Origin: a virus
Direction: 5' to 3' (one strand)
IMG/VR virus record: IMGVR_UViG_3300009184_000033
Span: 68,045 to 132,044 of that record
DNA: 64,000 nucleotides
Made by a program: the position numbers and the translations under genes. The notes below the pieces were generated by a model that was not told the DNA's origin, made no database searches, and worked only from the letters and a program-made list of their open reading frames with translations. The stretch's first letter is position 1, and each line of letters starts with the position of its first letter. This document shows, one piece after another, positions 1 through 9,295 of the stretch.

Positions 1-1
1 C

Positions 2-1564
2 AGCAGAGTTTCCATTGAGTCCCGCAATCCTGGCACCGTGGACATTGTCATCGTAGAAGTTGGCAAACTTGATGAAATCACCAGTCTCAGCGTCGACATA
101 GTCACAACCATCAGATCCCGGCTTAGAGTAAGTGCCGCCATCCTCATCGGTGACCCTAAAGACTCCAGGAATCCCGTGGGTGATGTTTGGTCTGTTGCGG
201 CTCAAGCGCCACTTCCAGGGATTTATGTCAGCGCGGACCTTGCTTGGACCTCCCCAGTACTCGATCACCGGCAGCGCGAGGAGGTCAACCCCAGCTGGGA
301 ACCTCTTACAAAGCTGCTGGACCTTGGAGTAGTCGTCCTCATGGACGACCTCATCGGCGTCCTGTTGCCACAGGAATTCGAGCTTACATCGCCGGCGGGA
401 CTCGGCCTTCTGGGCGCCATCGAACACCGCAAACCGGGGGTGGTTCCAGTCTCTGGCGACCTGGTGGACGTCGAGCTTTGGCTCCAGCTTGGCCCACTCC
501 TGAAGCTCCTCCCAAGTACCATCCTTGCTACCGCCGTCGACCACCACGACTTGCCCGCAGAATCCCAGCAGGGAAGTTATGCTTTCCCGCCAAGGATAAC
601 TGTGCCTTATGCAGTCGAGTGTCGTCGTGTACCCAGAGATTCCCACGACTGGGGTCCTTGAGCTGAGGATGGAGTTCCAGAACTTGCCCCTCGCAGCGTA
701 GAGATAGGATTCAGTGAGACCTGCGTCATCAGTCGCAAACCACTCCTCCTTGGCATGCTCGACGTTGTCGTTGGTTACGACCTCGCAGCCGAGCAGCTTC
801 GCCTCGATGACCATTCGGGGGCAGGTGTCGCCACCGAGCGGGAGGTAGACGAAACCCTCTGCGGTGGACATGCGCTCGAGGACCTGCTCATACCTCCAGC
901 CGCTGATGACCTCGTACTCCTTCCCGTTGTCCTCGCACCACTTCACGGCGTCGGCAAAGCCCTTGATCCAGGAATCAGAACCGAGGACGAGCCACTTTGT
1001 TCGAGGCTTTCCAGCAGCGCGCTCCCTGAGGAACTTCACTGACGCAAAGAACTGGTCGTCAAAGACCGAAGACAGGACCCAGTTCTCTCTCTCGAGCAGG
1101 AACGGGAAACGCTTGGTATACCTCTCCTGCTGGCGCTCAGACATGAACCAGAGGGACTGAGCACCGTACATGAACGCTGATACGAGCTTGCCGTGATCCT
1201 CGTTGTTGCAATTGCAGTGCTTGCCTTCGGCAGCCTCATGCTTCTCGGGAGAGCGGTACCTGCAGAACTTGTAGTCGTACTCAAGGATGGAGTACTTGAT
1301 ATTTGCAGCGATCGACGGGATCAGATTGAGATCCATCTGTGCAAAGTTTCCGAAGATCCAGTACTTGTCCTTGCCCTCTTCGAGGAGCTCGTGCGAAACG
1401 TCCCTGGAGTGGAGCTTCAGGATAGGCAAGGGAGCTGAGCTGATCAGGGCACCAGAGGTGAGCTCCGCACCTCCGAGATACTCCTCCTGGAACAGGTCAG
1501 CTACGAAGATGATCTCGCACTCCTGAGGGATGCTGAGCTTCTTACCAAAGGGACTGTCGAACAT
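2..1564 (-). CDS. Two-domain glycosyltransferase (GT-B-like N-half + GT2/GT-A C-half), runs off left edge
   Basis: Hand-translated, absent from ORF track because no stop in window. ATG at 1564 with GAGGAG RBS. N-half has GGAELT and FVYLPLGGDTCPRMVIEAKLLGC; C-half has ISGYTTT, VVVVDGGSKDGTWE and QQDADEVVH (DxD). Confidence 0.8.
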   Translation of the reverse strand, partial: MFDSPFGKKLSIPQECEIIFVADLFQEEYLGGAELTSGALISSAPLPILKLHSRDVSHELLEEGKDKYWIFGNFAQMDLNLIPSIAANIKYSILEYDYKFCRYRSPEKHEAAEGKHCNCNNEDHGKLVSAFMYGAQSLWFMSERQQERYTKRFPFLLERENWVLSSVFDDQFFASVKFLRERAAGKPRTKWLVLGSDSWIKGFADAVKWCEDNGKEYEVISGWRYEQVLERMSTAEGFVYLPLGGDTCPRMVIEAKLLGCEVVTNDNVEHAKEEWFATDDAGLTESYLYAARGKFWNSILSSRTPVVGISGYTTTLDCIRHSYPWRESITSLLGFCGQVVVVDGGSKDGTWEELQEWAKLEPKLDVHQVARDWNHPRFAVFDGAQKAESRRRCKLEFLWQQDADEVVHEDDYSKVQQLCKRFPAGVDLLALPVIEYWGGPSKVRADINPWKWRLSRNRPNITHGIPGVFRVTDEDGGTYSKPGSDGCDYVDAETGDFIKFANFYDDNVHGARIAGLNGNSA

Positions 1565-1730
1565 TTTTCACTCCTCAAAATTGAACACTTCAACTTCTGG
1601 AGGTACTAGTTTTAAGAGAAAAGAGAACAGAGACTAGTAACGACCAGTAGAACAACTAGTAGATTCTACTGAGCAGAAAAAATAGATAAAAGACTCTATT
1701 GAGGAAGCTTCTCATCTTGAAGAAGTTTCT

Positions 1731-2762
1731 CTAGAAACCTCTTGTTGCTGGGCTATAGAAGACCTTTCCTGTTACAGTCGTCGTCTTGCCGATTGTTGCA
1801 GTCGAGTGGCTGAAGGTCATGATATCACCACCGCCATTCTCACCGAACTGGAACCTGACCGGATAGTAGACTCCAGCAGTGAGTGATGCTGTTCCTGATA
1901 CCTCAACTGGACCATGGAGACCGCCGTTGTTGATAGTCGCATTAGTTGTTGAGAATCCGGAGACTGCGTTACTTCCTATCCACATGTAAGATGCGTCGTC
2001 AGAATTCAGATAGAAAGTGTAGGTCTCTGTGGTCGTAGGAACAAAGTATCCAAGCCACTGCCTGCTGAAGCTCTCGCCTTCTTCTGCGCTGGAATCTTCA
2101 ATGACCGTTGTCTGCACATTAGTGGCCGTAGCCGTCGCAGTTGCGAACCAGCTCACAGCATCTGCGAAGTATCCAGAGTACGTTGTGCGATAGAGACCAG
2201 CAAGGTAAGGGCTCGATCCTCTTGTGATGTAGAAGATCTGTGTTGCCGTTATCCTGCTGGTGGTGATTGAGGCGTCTGTCGACTGGACATAGATTACCGT
2301 CCATGACGAGGCATCATTGCTTCCCTCCAGAATCCACTGGACTGGATCACGACCGTTGACATCGGCACCCGTAATATACCTAAAACCGTCAACTGTTCTT
2401 CTGGAACCAAAGTCAATCTGTAGGACCCAGGACTTGGTGACACCGGTCACATTGCCACTCACAGTTCCGTTTCCAGACCAGTCGAGGAAAACGGTTCCGG
2501 TGTTGTTGTCGATCGCCTTGCTCGCGTCCTGACCGGCTGGGTTGACTCCGCTTGGATTGGTCGCAGTTGCTCCTGTGTAGTCAACACGAGTGCCCATGAA
2601 TGTGAGATGGAATTCAGCCATCTGCATCATCCCGACGGGGTAGGTCGGATCCTGCGTGATGTCGCGTACCTTGGTGACAGCGAATCTGAAGTAACGGAAT
2701 GTTTGGTTTGTCACGTTTCTGGGAGCGAGTGAGCCAGCGAATGAAGAAACTCTAGAAAACAT
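1731..2762 (-). CDS. Discoidin (F5/8 type C)-like + PA14 carbohydrate-binding protein, probable tail-associated lectin
   Basis: FRYFRF..DFGSRRTVDGFRY..RDPVQWILEGSND, then QWLGYFVP..YTFYLNSDDASYMWIG..YYPVRFQFGENGGG (PA14). Confidence 0.75.
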   Translation of the reverse strand: MFSRVSSFAGSLAPRNVTNQTFRYFRFAVTKVRDITQDPTYPVGMMQMAEFHLTFMGTRVDYTGATATNPSGVNPAGQDASKAIDNNTGTVFLDWSGNGTVSGNVTGVTKSWVLQIDFGSRRTVDGFRYITGADVNGRDPVQWILEGSNDASSWTVIYVQSTDASITTSRITATQIFYITRGSSPYLAGLYRTTYSGYFADAVSWFATATATATNVQTTVIEDSSAEEGESFSRQWLGYFVPTTTETYTFYLNSDDASYMWIGSNAVSGFSTTNATINNGGLHGPVEVSGTASLTAGVYYPVRFQFGENGGGDIMTFSHSTATIGKTTTVTGKVFYSPATRGF

Positions 2763-3511
2763 TAGACACCGTACCTGCTGCGACCAGCCTGGAAGTTAGT
2801 TGAGACCTGCCCTGCCGAGAGTGCTATGTTGTACACTTGGAATGCGCCAAGTCTCATGTTGGAGAAAGTTCCGTCTCCCAGGTTCGTTGCGTCTGTGTGG
2901 GCGATGGCGTAGTGTAACGGTAGGTTGCCACCATCGTTGTAGGGAGTCGAACGTGTTATAGTGGAGGATGTAACGGCAAGCGCACCGTTGACATATCCTC
3001 GCAGGACCGATCCATCGAACGTGAAACCTGCGTAGTACCAGGCACTCAGCGGGGTCGATATCGTCGATGAAAATCCTGGCTGGTTGCTCCAGACAGAGAA
3101 CTTCATTGTTCCGGCAACCATCTCAATCTGAGAGTCGTGCCAGGCAGAATTTGGAGTAGTCTGGCCCATCTCCTGGACAATGACACCGTTGTCCATGGGA
3201 TAGACCCAGGTGAATATGGAAATCACTGTCGAAGTGTTTGCCGGAGACAGCTTCGAGTTGAGGCTGGTGTTGGTCGTGAGGTACTGGTTGGTGCCGTTGA
3301 ACGTGAGGTAGCCGGATGCGTATGTCGGGGTGTTGAAAAGAGAGGCATTGCTGCTGGCCTGAAGATCTGTGACAGTCGCGCCGGATCCCGGATAGGAGGA
3401 CGCATTACCGATGTCGTAGTTGAGGATGAGCCCTGTTGACACGATTGAGCTACCGCTCGTGAAAGGGCGGGTTGAGATAGGTCCTGCAAAATTTGAGAAC
3501 CTGCCATACAT
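2762..3511 (-). CDS. LamG/concanavalin-A-like lectin, probable tail-associated
   Basis: GLILNYDIGNASSYPGSG..YLTFNGTNQY..WYYAGFTFDGSVLRGYVNG..FQVYNIALS. Confidence 0.8.
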   Translation of the reverse strand: MYGRFSNFAGPISTRPFTSGSSIVSTGLILNYDIGNASSYPGSGATVTDLQASSNASLFNTPTYASGYLTFNGTNQYLTTNTSLNSKLSPANTSTVISIFTWVYPMDNGVIVQEMGQTTPNSAWHDSQIEMVAGTMKFSVWSNQPGFSSTISTPLSAWYYAGFTFDGSVLRGYVNGALAVTSSTITRSTPYNDGGNLPLHYAIAHTDATNLGDGTFSNMRLGAFQVYNIALSAGQVSTNFQAGRSRYGV

Positions 3512-3515
3512 TAGA

Positions 3516-6500
3516 TCAACCGTATGTGCTCATCTGACCAAGGACCTTCCATGTGGATCCTGATCTGATGAGGCTGAATCCAAAGACATCCTGCTTGCCT
3601 GCAGTTCCAGCTGGAGTAGTTCCGTTTGCCCAGTTGATTGTTTGAACTGCTGTGTCAATTTGGACTGCACTGACGATTCTTGCAGTGGCGCTCTGCGAGA
3701 GGATGACGGTGGGTGTGATAATTCTATTGTTGGTTGTTGGGACATTCGTAAAGTTTGCGGTGATGTCGCCTGTTGGTGCATTGGCATAGAATATGCTTGC
3801 AAGCGACAGGTCATAAGCAACTGTTCCCGTACCGCCGACTGATGGGACCATCTTCTCAGTGATTGATGAGAGTGTAGTCCTTCCGTCAACTTGTATTGCT
3901 CCCGTGAAGCTGCTCGTTGCCATTGTTCCACCAACCAAAATGGAGCTTGCCAAGGTTCCGAAGTTAAGCGTCCCAGTGAGTGCCGTTGTAAGAAGGTTAT
4001 AAGTTGTAGTTGTTACAGTCTGTATTGAACTTCCGCTAACAACCAAACTTCCTGATAGCTCGGCATTTCCGTTCTCACCGACAGAAAATTGGTCGATGTC
4101 CCTCCAATCCCGGACCGCAAACTTGTGCCCTTCAGCGCTATTATCAGTGTCAATCTTTGCGATGATATTTCCGCTGGAGATTAGCGTCATCACATTGTTG
4201 CCTGTCCCAGGCGCACCGATGATATTGCCCGTAGATGTTGCTAGGCTTCCTGTCACCGTGAAGAGACCGTCGCCTCTCAGACTTGCGATCTCTGTTGTTC
4301 CTGCATACCACTTGAAGCGAGGCGTCGTAGTTGCAACATTGACACCAAACCACATGGCTTGGTTCTCCATTCCAATTGCCCAATCTGCGCTAGAAGCACC
4401 TATGCTTGGGTATAGAAGAAGTCGTGTACCGATAGATGAGTTTGTGAACGTGGGTGCGCCTAACGCCCCTCCACCAACTGGGAAGCTAATAAGGCTTCCG
4501 GCCGCATTTGTGAGAGCAATCTTGCCGCTACTTGCTGTAATAACACCATTTAACGTCATTACGCTGTTTGATGATCCTGATCCGATTGTAATGGCTGTTG
4601 CTGATCCGCCGATATTAAGTGTAGCAACAGACCCTGTTACTAGATTAAAAGTTGATGATGTTGATGTTATATCACCACCGTTAACTGCAAGATCTCCACT
4701 TAGAAGTGCATTCGAACCTGTGATATTTCCTTGGAAAGTTGTTGAACCTCCCGAGGCTCCGGCTACAAGTGTTGTTGCAGCTCTCGCGAAATTGACGGTC
4801 GTCGCAGAGCCTGTCACCAGGTTAAATGTTGCTGCCGTTGTTGTGATGTCACCGCCATTGACTGAAAGGTCACCGCTCAGCAACGCGTTCGATCCTGTGA
4901 CGTTACCAGCAAATGTCGTTGCGCTTCCTGCAGCGCCGATGTTGACCGCAGAAGCGCCACCGCCCAAGTTGACTGTTGTCGCAGTTGAGTTCACCAGGTT
5001 GAAAGTACCTGCCGATGTGGTGATGTCCCCGCCGTTGACCGCTAGATCACCCGCTATCGTCAGTGTGTCAGTCGTCTTGTCGTAGGTGAGTCCTGCGTCA
5101 CCGCCGAATGTGGAACCACCATCATTGAACTGGACGTAGGTGTCTAAGCCAGCAGCGCTAGTTGCTCCGACCGCTACACCACCTCCACCACCAGCACCTG
5201 CTCCGCGAGATACACCAGCTTGGATAAATCTTGCTTGTGCTGTGTTAGATAAGTTTGTGGCATTTCCAAGTGCAAGGATGTAACCAACTAAAATAGCAGC
5301 ACCAGCCGTATTTTCACCCTCTACAAAGTTCTCTGATGCAATGCTCTGCTGTGCAACGTCAAGCGCGTTTGTACCTCCGGGTGGATTTGCGTAGACATCA
5401 GAACCATAATAGACGGTGAAAGCACGGGAAACAGTATTAGGATACCAGTAAACTCTTTGAATTGATGCGTCTGATGCTCCAACTGATGCAAGTGTTCCGT
5501 TGTTATTATATTGGGCTGGATTGATAGTGGTGTAACCTGCGTTGTTTACACCCGTATCTAATCTGAGTGTGGAACCAGATACATAAGCCCTGTAAATCTT
5601 AGAAACCGTGACGGCAGTATCGGTTGCAGATGAGATGTTGTTGGGATTATTTGGGTCTGTGGTATAGTTTTTTCCAATAACATAGGAATCACCAGCGGTC
5701 TTTGTGATTCCGAGCGTGGAACCGCTGGCTGCTAGTATGTGACCAGAAACTTTGAGAGGACCAAATGCGCGCATGAAGTCGTCTTGCCAATGATTGTTTC
5801 CGTAAGATACAATGGGTTGTGTAGAAACACCATTTGTTACAGAACCAGATTGATGCAGAACCCTACCGATTGTAATGTAGTCAGAGTCGGTGGTAAGTGT
5901 GAAGGGTGAGGTCTGCTGGATTATTCCACCCGTTGAATTGATTCCGATGTAGGTAGTGAGGGAGGAAGTAACGTAAGTAAGAGATTGGCTAACGTAGGCA
6001 GGCCACTGGACGAAATTGATAGTCGGGTAGGGATCGGTAGTCAACGTGGCATTGTAGGAGAGTATGATGCCCGAACCGGATGTGATCGAGAATGTTGTGG
6101 AACCAGTAGCAGTTGAAAGGACACCGCCGTGAAGGAGACCCGTGGTGAGCATACCTTCCAACCAGCGGAGACGGGTGGTGTTCGTGTAGGGACCCGAGTA
6201 CTGGGTGAAGTAGAGGTCGTTCGTACTTCCTGAGGTGTAGATGTAGCTCGCGGTGGTGTTGGTGGGAATCCGGAGGGTGTTGACCGGCTTCATCTGGAAG
6301 TAGCTGTCAGTTCCGAAAGCTCCGGAGACGAAGGTGTCACCTCCGAAGATCGCATTGGGGGTGTCGGCACCGAGCTGTGTCTTGTTGCCTGAGACAAAGA
6401 GCTTCACACCTGAAGCCAGCGTTGGAAAGCTAGATGGTGCTGCATCCGCTATGATTAGCGTTCCTGATACTGCAGTGGTGGAAGTCAGTGCGCCAGAGCT

Positions 6501-6533
6501 CACACTTCCAGAGATTGTTCCTATTAGCGCCAT
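3516..6533 (-). CDS. Tail fibre-like structural protein (1005 aa)
   Basis: G/S/T-rich; repeated GDL(A/S)VNGGDIT; C-terminal fibre-tip-like domain (INWANGTTPAGTAGKQDVFGFSLIRSGSTW). Confidence 0.7.
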   Translation of the reverse strand: MALIGTISGSVSSGALTSTTAVSGTLIIADAAPSSFPTLASGVKLFVSGNKTQLGADTPNAIFGGDTFVSGAFGTDSYFQMKPVNTLRIPTNTTASYIYTSGSTNDLYFTQYSGPYTNTTRLRWLEGMLTTGLLHGGVLSTATGSTTFSITSGSGIILSYNATLTTDPYPTINFVQWPAYVSQSLTYVTSSLTTYIGINSTGGIIQQTSPFTLTTDSDYITIGRVLHQSGSVTNGVSTQPIVSYGNNHWQDDFMRAFGPLKVSGHILAASGSTLGITKTAGDSYVIGKNYTTDPNNPNNISSATDTAVTVSKIYRAYVSGSTLRLDTGVNNAGYTTINPAQYNNNGTLASVGASDASIQRVYWYPNTVSRAFTVYYGSDVYANPPGGTNALDVAQQSIASENFVEGENTAGAAILVGYILALGNATNLSNTAQARFIQAGVSRGAGAGGGGGVAVGATSAAGLDTYVQFNDGGSTFGGDAGLTYDKTTDTLTIAGDLAVNGGDITTSAGTFNLVNSTATTVNLGGGASAVNIGAAGSATTFAGNVTGSNALLSGDLSVNGGDITTTAATFNLVTGSATTVNFARAATTLVAGASGGSTTFQGNITGSNALLSGDLAVNGGDITSTSSTFNLVTGSVATLNIGGSATAITIGSGSSNSVMTLNGVITASSGKIALTNAAGSLISFPVGGGALGAPTFTNSSIGTRLLLYPSIGASSADWAIGMENQAMWFGVNVATTTPRFKWYAGTTEIASLRGDGLFTVTGSLATSTGNIIGAPGTGNNVMTLISSGNIIAKIDTDNSAEGHKFAVRDWRDIDQFSVGENGNAELSGSLVVSGSSIQTVTTTTYNLLTTALTGTLNFGTLASSILVGGTMATSSFTGAIQVDGRTTLSSITEKMVPSVGGTGTVAYDLSLASIFYANAPTGDITANFTNVPTTNNRIITPTVILSQSATARIVSAVQIDTAVQTINWANGTTPAGTAGKQDVFGFSLIRSGSTWKVLGQMSTYG

Positions 6534-6549
6534 GTGCTTACCTCAGATG

Positions 6550-6556
6550 TAAATAT
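6550..6556 (-). promoter_or_regulatory. ATANTTA late-promoter-like motif (ATATTTA)
   Basis: 16 nt upstream of ATG 6533. Confidence 0.55.
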
Positions 6557-6584
6557 CGCCTCCACCCGGAAGTGGAGGCGATAT
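6553..6584 (-). terminator. Perfect 13-bp stem hairpin between fibre genes
   Basis: atatcgcctccac-ccggaa-gtggaggcgatat; weak U-tract. Confidence 0.55.
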
Positions 6585-6616
6585 GCTCCACTGGGAGCTA
6601 GCTCTTGACTAGATTA

Positions 6617-9226
6617 TCACAGTTCCTGGAGTACGAACTTGTAGCGCTTGCCGCTGATGTTGTTCGTGATCGAGAGGTATTCCTCTTCCTCGATGATGGT
6701 CCAGTTGCCGCGATCGTTGCGGAGGTGCAAGTCTCCGGTGTAGACGTTGGCCCATCGCCTCTGCGGCGAACCGAGGCTCGCTCCTGAGTCTGAGCTCGGG
6801 AAGAGTCCAGTGATTCCATCCACCGTCTGACCGGCCACCGCAAAGGCCGCTCCATCCTTCTTGAAGGTGACGCCAGAAAGAACACTGGCATTGAGCTCAA
6901 CCGCACTTCCACTCATTATAAGAGTCGTTGTTCCAAGTCCAGAGGCCAGAGTAACGCTCTGGCTTGCTGATCCAGACAGTGTTGTCGTTGTACCGGCTGC
7001 ATTGATGTGAAGCTCTGGAGATCCTCCATCTTTCTGGAAGACGAATCCACCTGAACCAGCGTTTGCTACAACTGTGCTGCCGCTGAGAGTAAGAGTGGTT
7101 GCACCAGTTCCTGAACCAAGAGTGACGTTGGCGCTAGTGCCACCGAGTATATTGGCATTGTTGCTCGAGTTCTGGACCGTGAGGAACGTTGTGTTGGAGC
7201 TGTTCTTGTATAGGACCTCGTCGCCAGCAGGCTTCAGGATGATGTCCTGCAGCGCGCTGAACAGTGAGTCTCCAGGGCCATCTGACAAGATCGTAAGGTG
7301 GTCTCCATCAGCGCCTTCCTTCCTGAATGTGTAACCATTGGTTCCGTGTATCGAGCGAATGCCATTTGCGCCGCTGAGCGAGAGAAGAACTCCGCTCTCA
7401 GTTCCTAGCGTCAGAGTGTTTGCTCCATACGTCATCGAACCGCGGTTAGTACCGACAAACCTGTACTCGATGCCCTGAGTGTTGGCACCAAGCACGAGGG
7501 ATGATCCAGTCAGGACCAGCTGCCTTGCGGTTCCAACTCCACCTGCGCCTGGACTCTGCGCGGTTAGGGTGAGGCTCGTGTTTGCAGCGCCGGTGAATCT
7601 TCCGACCTCGATGCCACCGCTGTACATCTTCAAGGCCTGGTTGCCGCCGCTTCCATGTCCAATGTTGACGCTGGTGCCTGAGAGCCAGAGGCTTCCAAGG
7701 CTTGTGCCGTTCATGCCCTTGATCTCGCCCTCTCCTGTACCGGCGATGTCTCCGAACTGGATCCTGGTCGTACCGTTCTGCGAGAATGAAGCCGTTGCAG
7801 AGGTGGCCACCGCTAGATTTACTGACTGGCCGTCAGAAGATGATAGGAATACGTTGATTCCACCGCCAAGCTCGAACTTTCCAGCCCTCAGGTTAGAGTA
7901 GTCAGTTACGGTGATTGGTGAACCAGTTGCAGTGCCTGAAGTGGTCCTGATCGCCGCAAACCCACCCTCAGATTGATCCCAGATGAATGCCGCGTTGTTG
8001 ACTCCGTTGAGTCCACCGATGAATCCTCTGTCTCCGACCGACACCGCCGTCGAGCCGCTGGTGAATCCGAGCCCGATGACTGGATCTTCCATCTCAATCG
8101 TGGTCGCGTCGACCGTTAGCGTGGTTCCCTGGATTGTGAGGTCACCAGGGATGATAACGTTGCCACCCGAGAGCGTGATTGCAGTGGCGCCAGTGCTGGA
8201 CTTGATGTCGTTGCCTGTGACCGTGAGGTCGCCTGCGACTGTGACATCACCGCTTGCTCCAAGCGTGAGGTTTAGGCCTGCTGAACCTGAGATGTAGTTG
8301 CTGTTGACCTGGAGGTCTCCAGCCGTCGTGACCTTTGTGCCGGCAAGAGTGATTGCAGTTGTTCCACCGGAGGACTTTATGTCGTTTCCTGTGACCGTGA
8401 GATCACCAGTTACTGCAACGTCTCCTGTTCCAGAGAACGTGATGGCGGTGGTTCCACCGTTCATCTTAATGTCATTACCACCGACAGTGATGTCACCGCT
8501 CAGTGTAACGTCGCCAACCAGATTCGAAGTTCCTGCAATAGTGAGATTTCCACCAGCCTGGAGGTTGCTGGAACCGCTGATTGCGCCGCCTCTTGTGAGG
8601 TCTACCGCAGTAGAACCATCTGTTGCTACGATGCGTACAAAGGAGCCAGAGGCAATGACAGGACCACCGAATAGAGATACCTTGTTGTTTGCACCACCGG
8701 CGTTGCTGCCTGAGACGAAGAAGAATACATCGGCGCCATTGGCATCTGCGGTGGCCGCAGTTCCAATTGCAATGGAGCTTGTGGTGTATGCCTCTGAAGC
8801 GTTTGCGGCAGTGAAAATTGCGTCGCCGCCACCACCACCTGAAGCTAGCTCTGAAAGCGTCTTACCAGAGGTGTTGTTGCCGTCGAAGAACTTGAGGTCT
8901 GATCCAACGAGAGAGACCCTGTTTGCCGCAGTTCCGAACTGTACGTGACCTGTGCTTCCAATTCGAATGTCATTTGACGTGACCACGATCGAGCCTGAGC
9001 CGACCGTGAGGGCGCCTGAGACCACCATGTCGCCGCCAAATACGGCAACGTTACGTGTAGCACCGCCCTTACCGCCAACTGAGCCAGAGACAAAGAACTG
9101 AACATCAGCTCCAGGTAGGCTTGATGGGAAAGATCCAGCTGGATTGTTTGAGAAGATTACTGAACCGGTGACGCCAATCAGTGAGTTGGCGCTCGATGAA
9201 CCTGATATGTTGCCGACTAAAGCCAT
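6617..9226 (-). CDS. Tail fibre-like structural protein (869 aa)
   Basis: GDLTVTGNDIKSS repeats; C-terminal RWANVYTGDLHLRNDRGNWTIIEEEEYL domain. Confidence 0.7.
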   Translation of the reverse strand: MALVGNISGSSSANSLIGVTGSVIFSNNPAGSFPSSLPGADVQFFVSGSVGGKGGATRNVAVFGGDMVVSGALTVGSGSIVVTSNDIRIGSTGHVQFGTAANRVSLVGSDLKFFDGNNTSGKTLSELASGGGGGDAIFTAANASEAYTTSSIAIGTAATADANGADVFFFVSGSNAGGANNKVSLFGGPVIASGSFVRIVATDGSTAVDLTRGGAISGSSNLQAGGNLTIAGTSNLVGDVTLSGDITVGGNDIKMNGGTTAITFSGTGDVAVTGDLTVTGNDIKSSGGTTAITLAGTKVTTAGDLQVNSNYISGSAGLNLTLGASGDVTVAGDLTVTGNDIKSSTGATAITLSGGNVIIPGDLTIQGTTLTVDATTIEMEDPVIGLGFTSGSTAVSVGDRGFIGGLNGVNNAAFIWDQSEGGFAAIRTTSGTATGSPITVTDYSNLRAGKFELGGGINVFLSSSDGQSVNLAVATSATASFSQNGTTRIQFGDIAGTGEGEIKGMNGTSLGSLWLSGTSVNIGHGSGGNQALKMYSGGIEVGRFTGAANTSLTLTAQSPGAGGVGTARQLVLTGSSLVLGANTQGIEYRFVGTNRGSMTYGANTLTLGTESGVLLSLSGANGIRSIHGTNGYTFRKEGADGDHLTILSDGPGDSLFSALQDIILKPAGDEVLYKNSSNTTFLTVQNSSNNANILGGTSANVTLGSGTGATTLTLSGSTVVANAGSGGFVFQKDGGSPELHINAAGTTTTLSGSASQSVTLASGLGTTTLIMSGSAVELNASVLSGVTFKKDGAAFAVAGQTVDGITGLFPSSDSGASLGSPQRRWANVYTGDLHLRNDRGNWTIIEEEEYLSITNNISGKRYKFVLQEL

Positions 9227-9250
9227 GGGATTACCTCTGCTAGCTGTTTC

Positions 9251-9257
9251 TAACTAT
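9251..9257 (-). promoter_or_regulatory. ATANTTA motif (ATAGTTA)
   Basis: 24 nt upstream of ATG 9226. Confidence 0.55.
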
Positions 9258-9295
9258 TACGTACTAGACGACATTTAACTTTCTAGACGACTCAA

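Noticed and set aside
38-1526. Several + strand ORFs at the left end
   Set aside because: Antisense shadows of the minus-strand glycosyltransferase that runs off the window.
4096-8948. Long + strand ORFs opposite fibre genes
   Set aside because: Shadow ORFs of low-complexity G/S/T-rich genes; no RBS or family motifs. Same reasoning for antisense ORFs over prkA, DinG, metK and the TSP3 gene.
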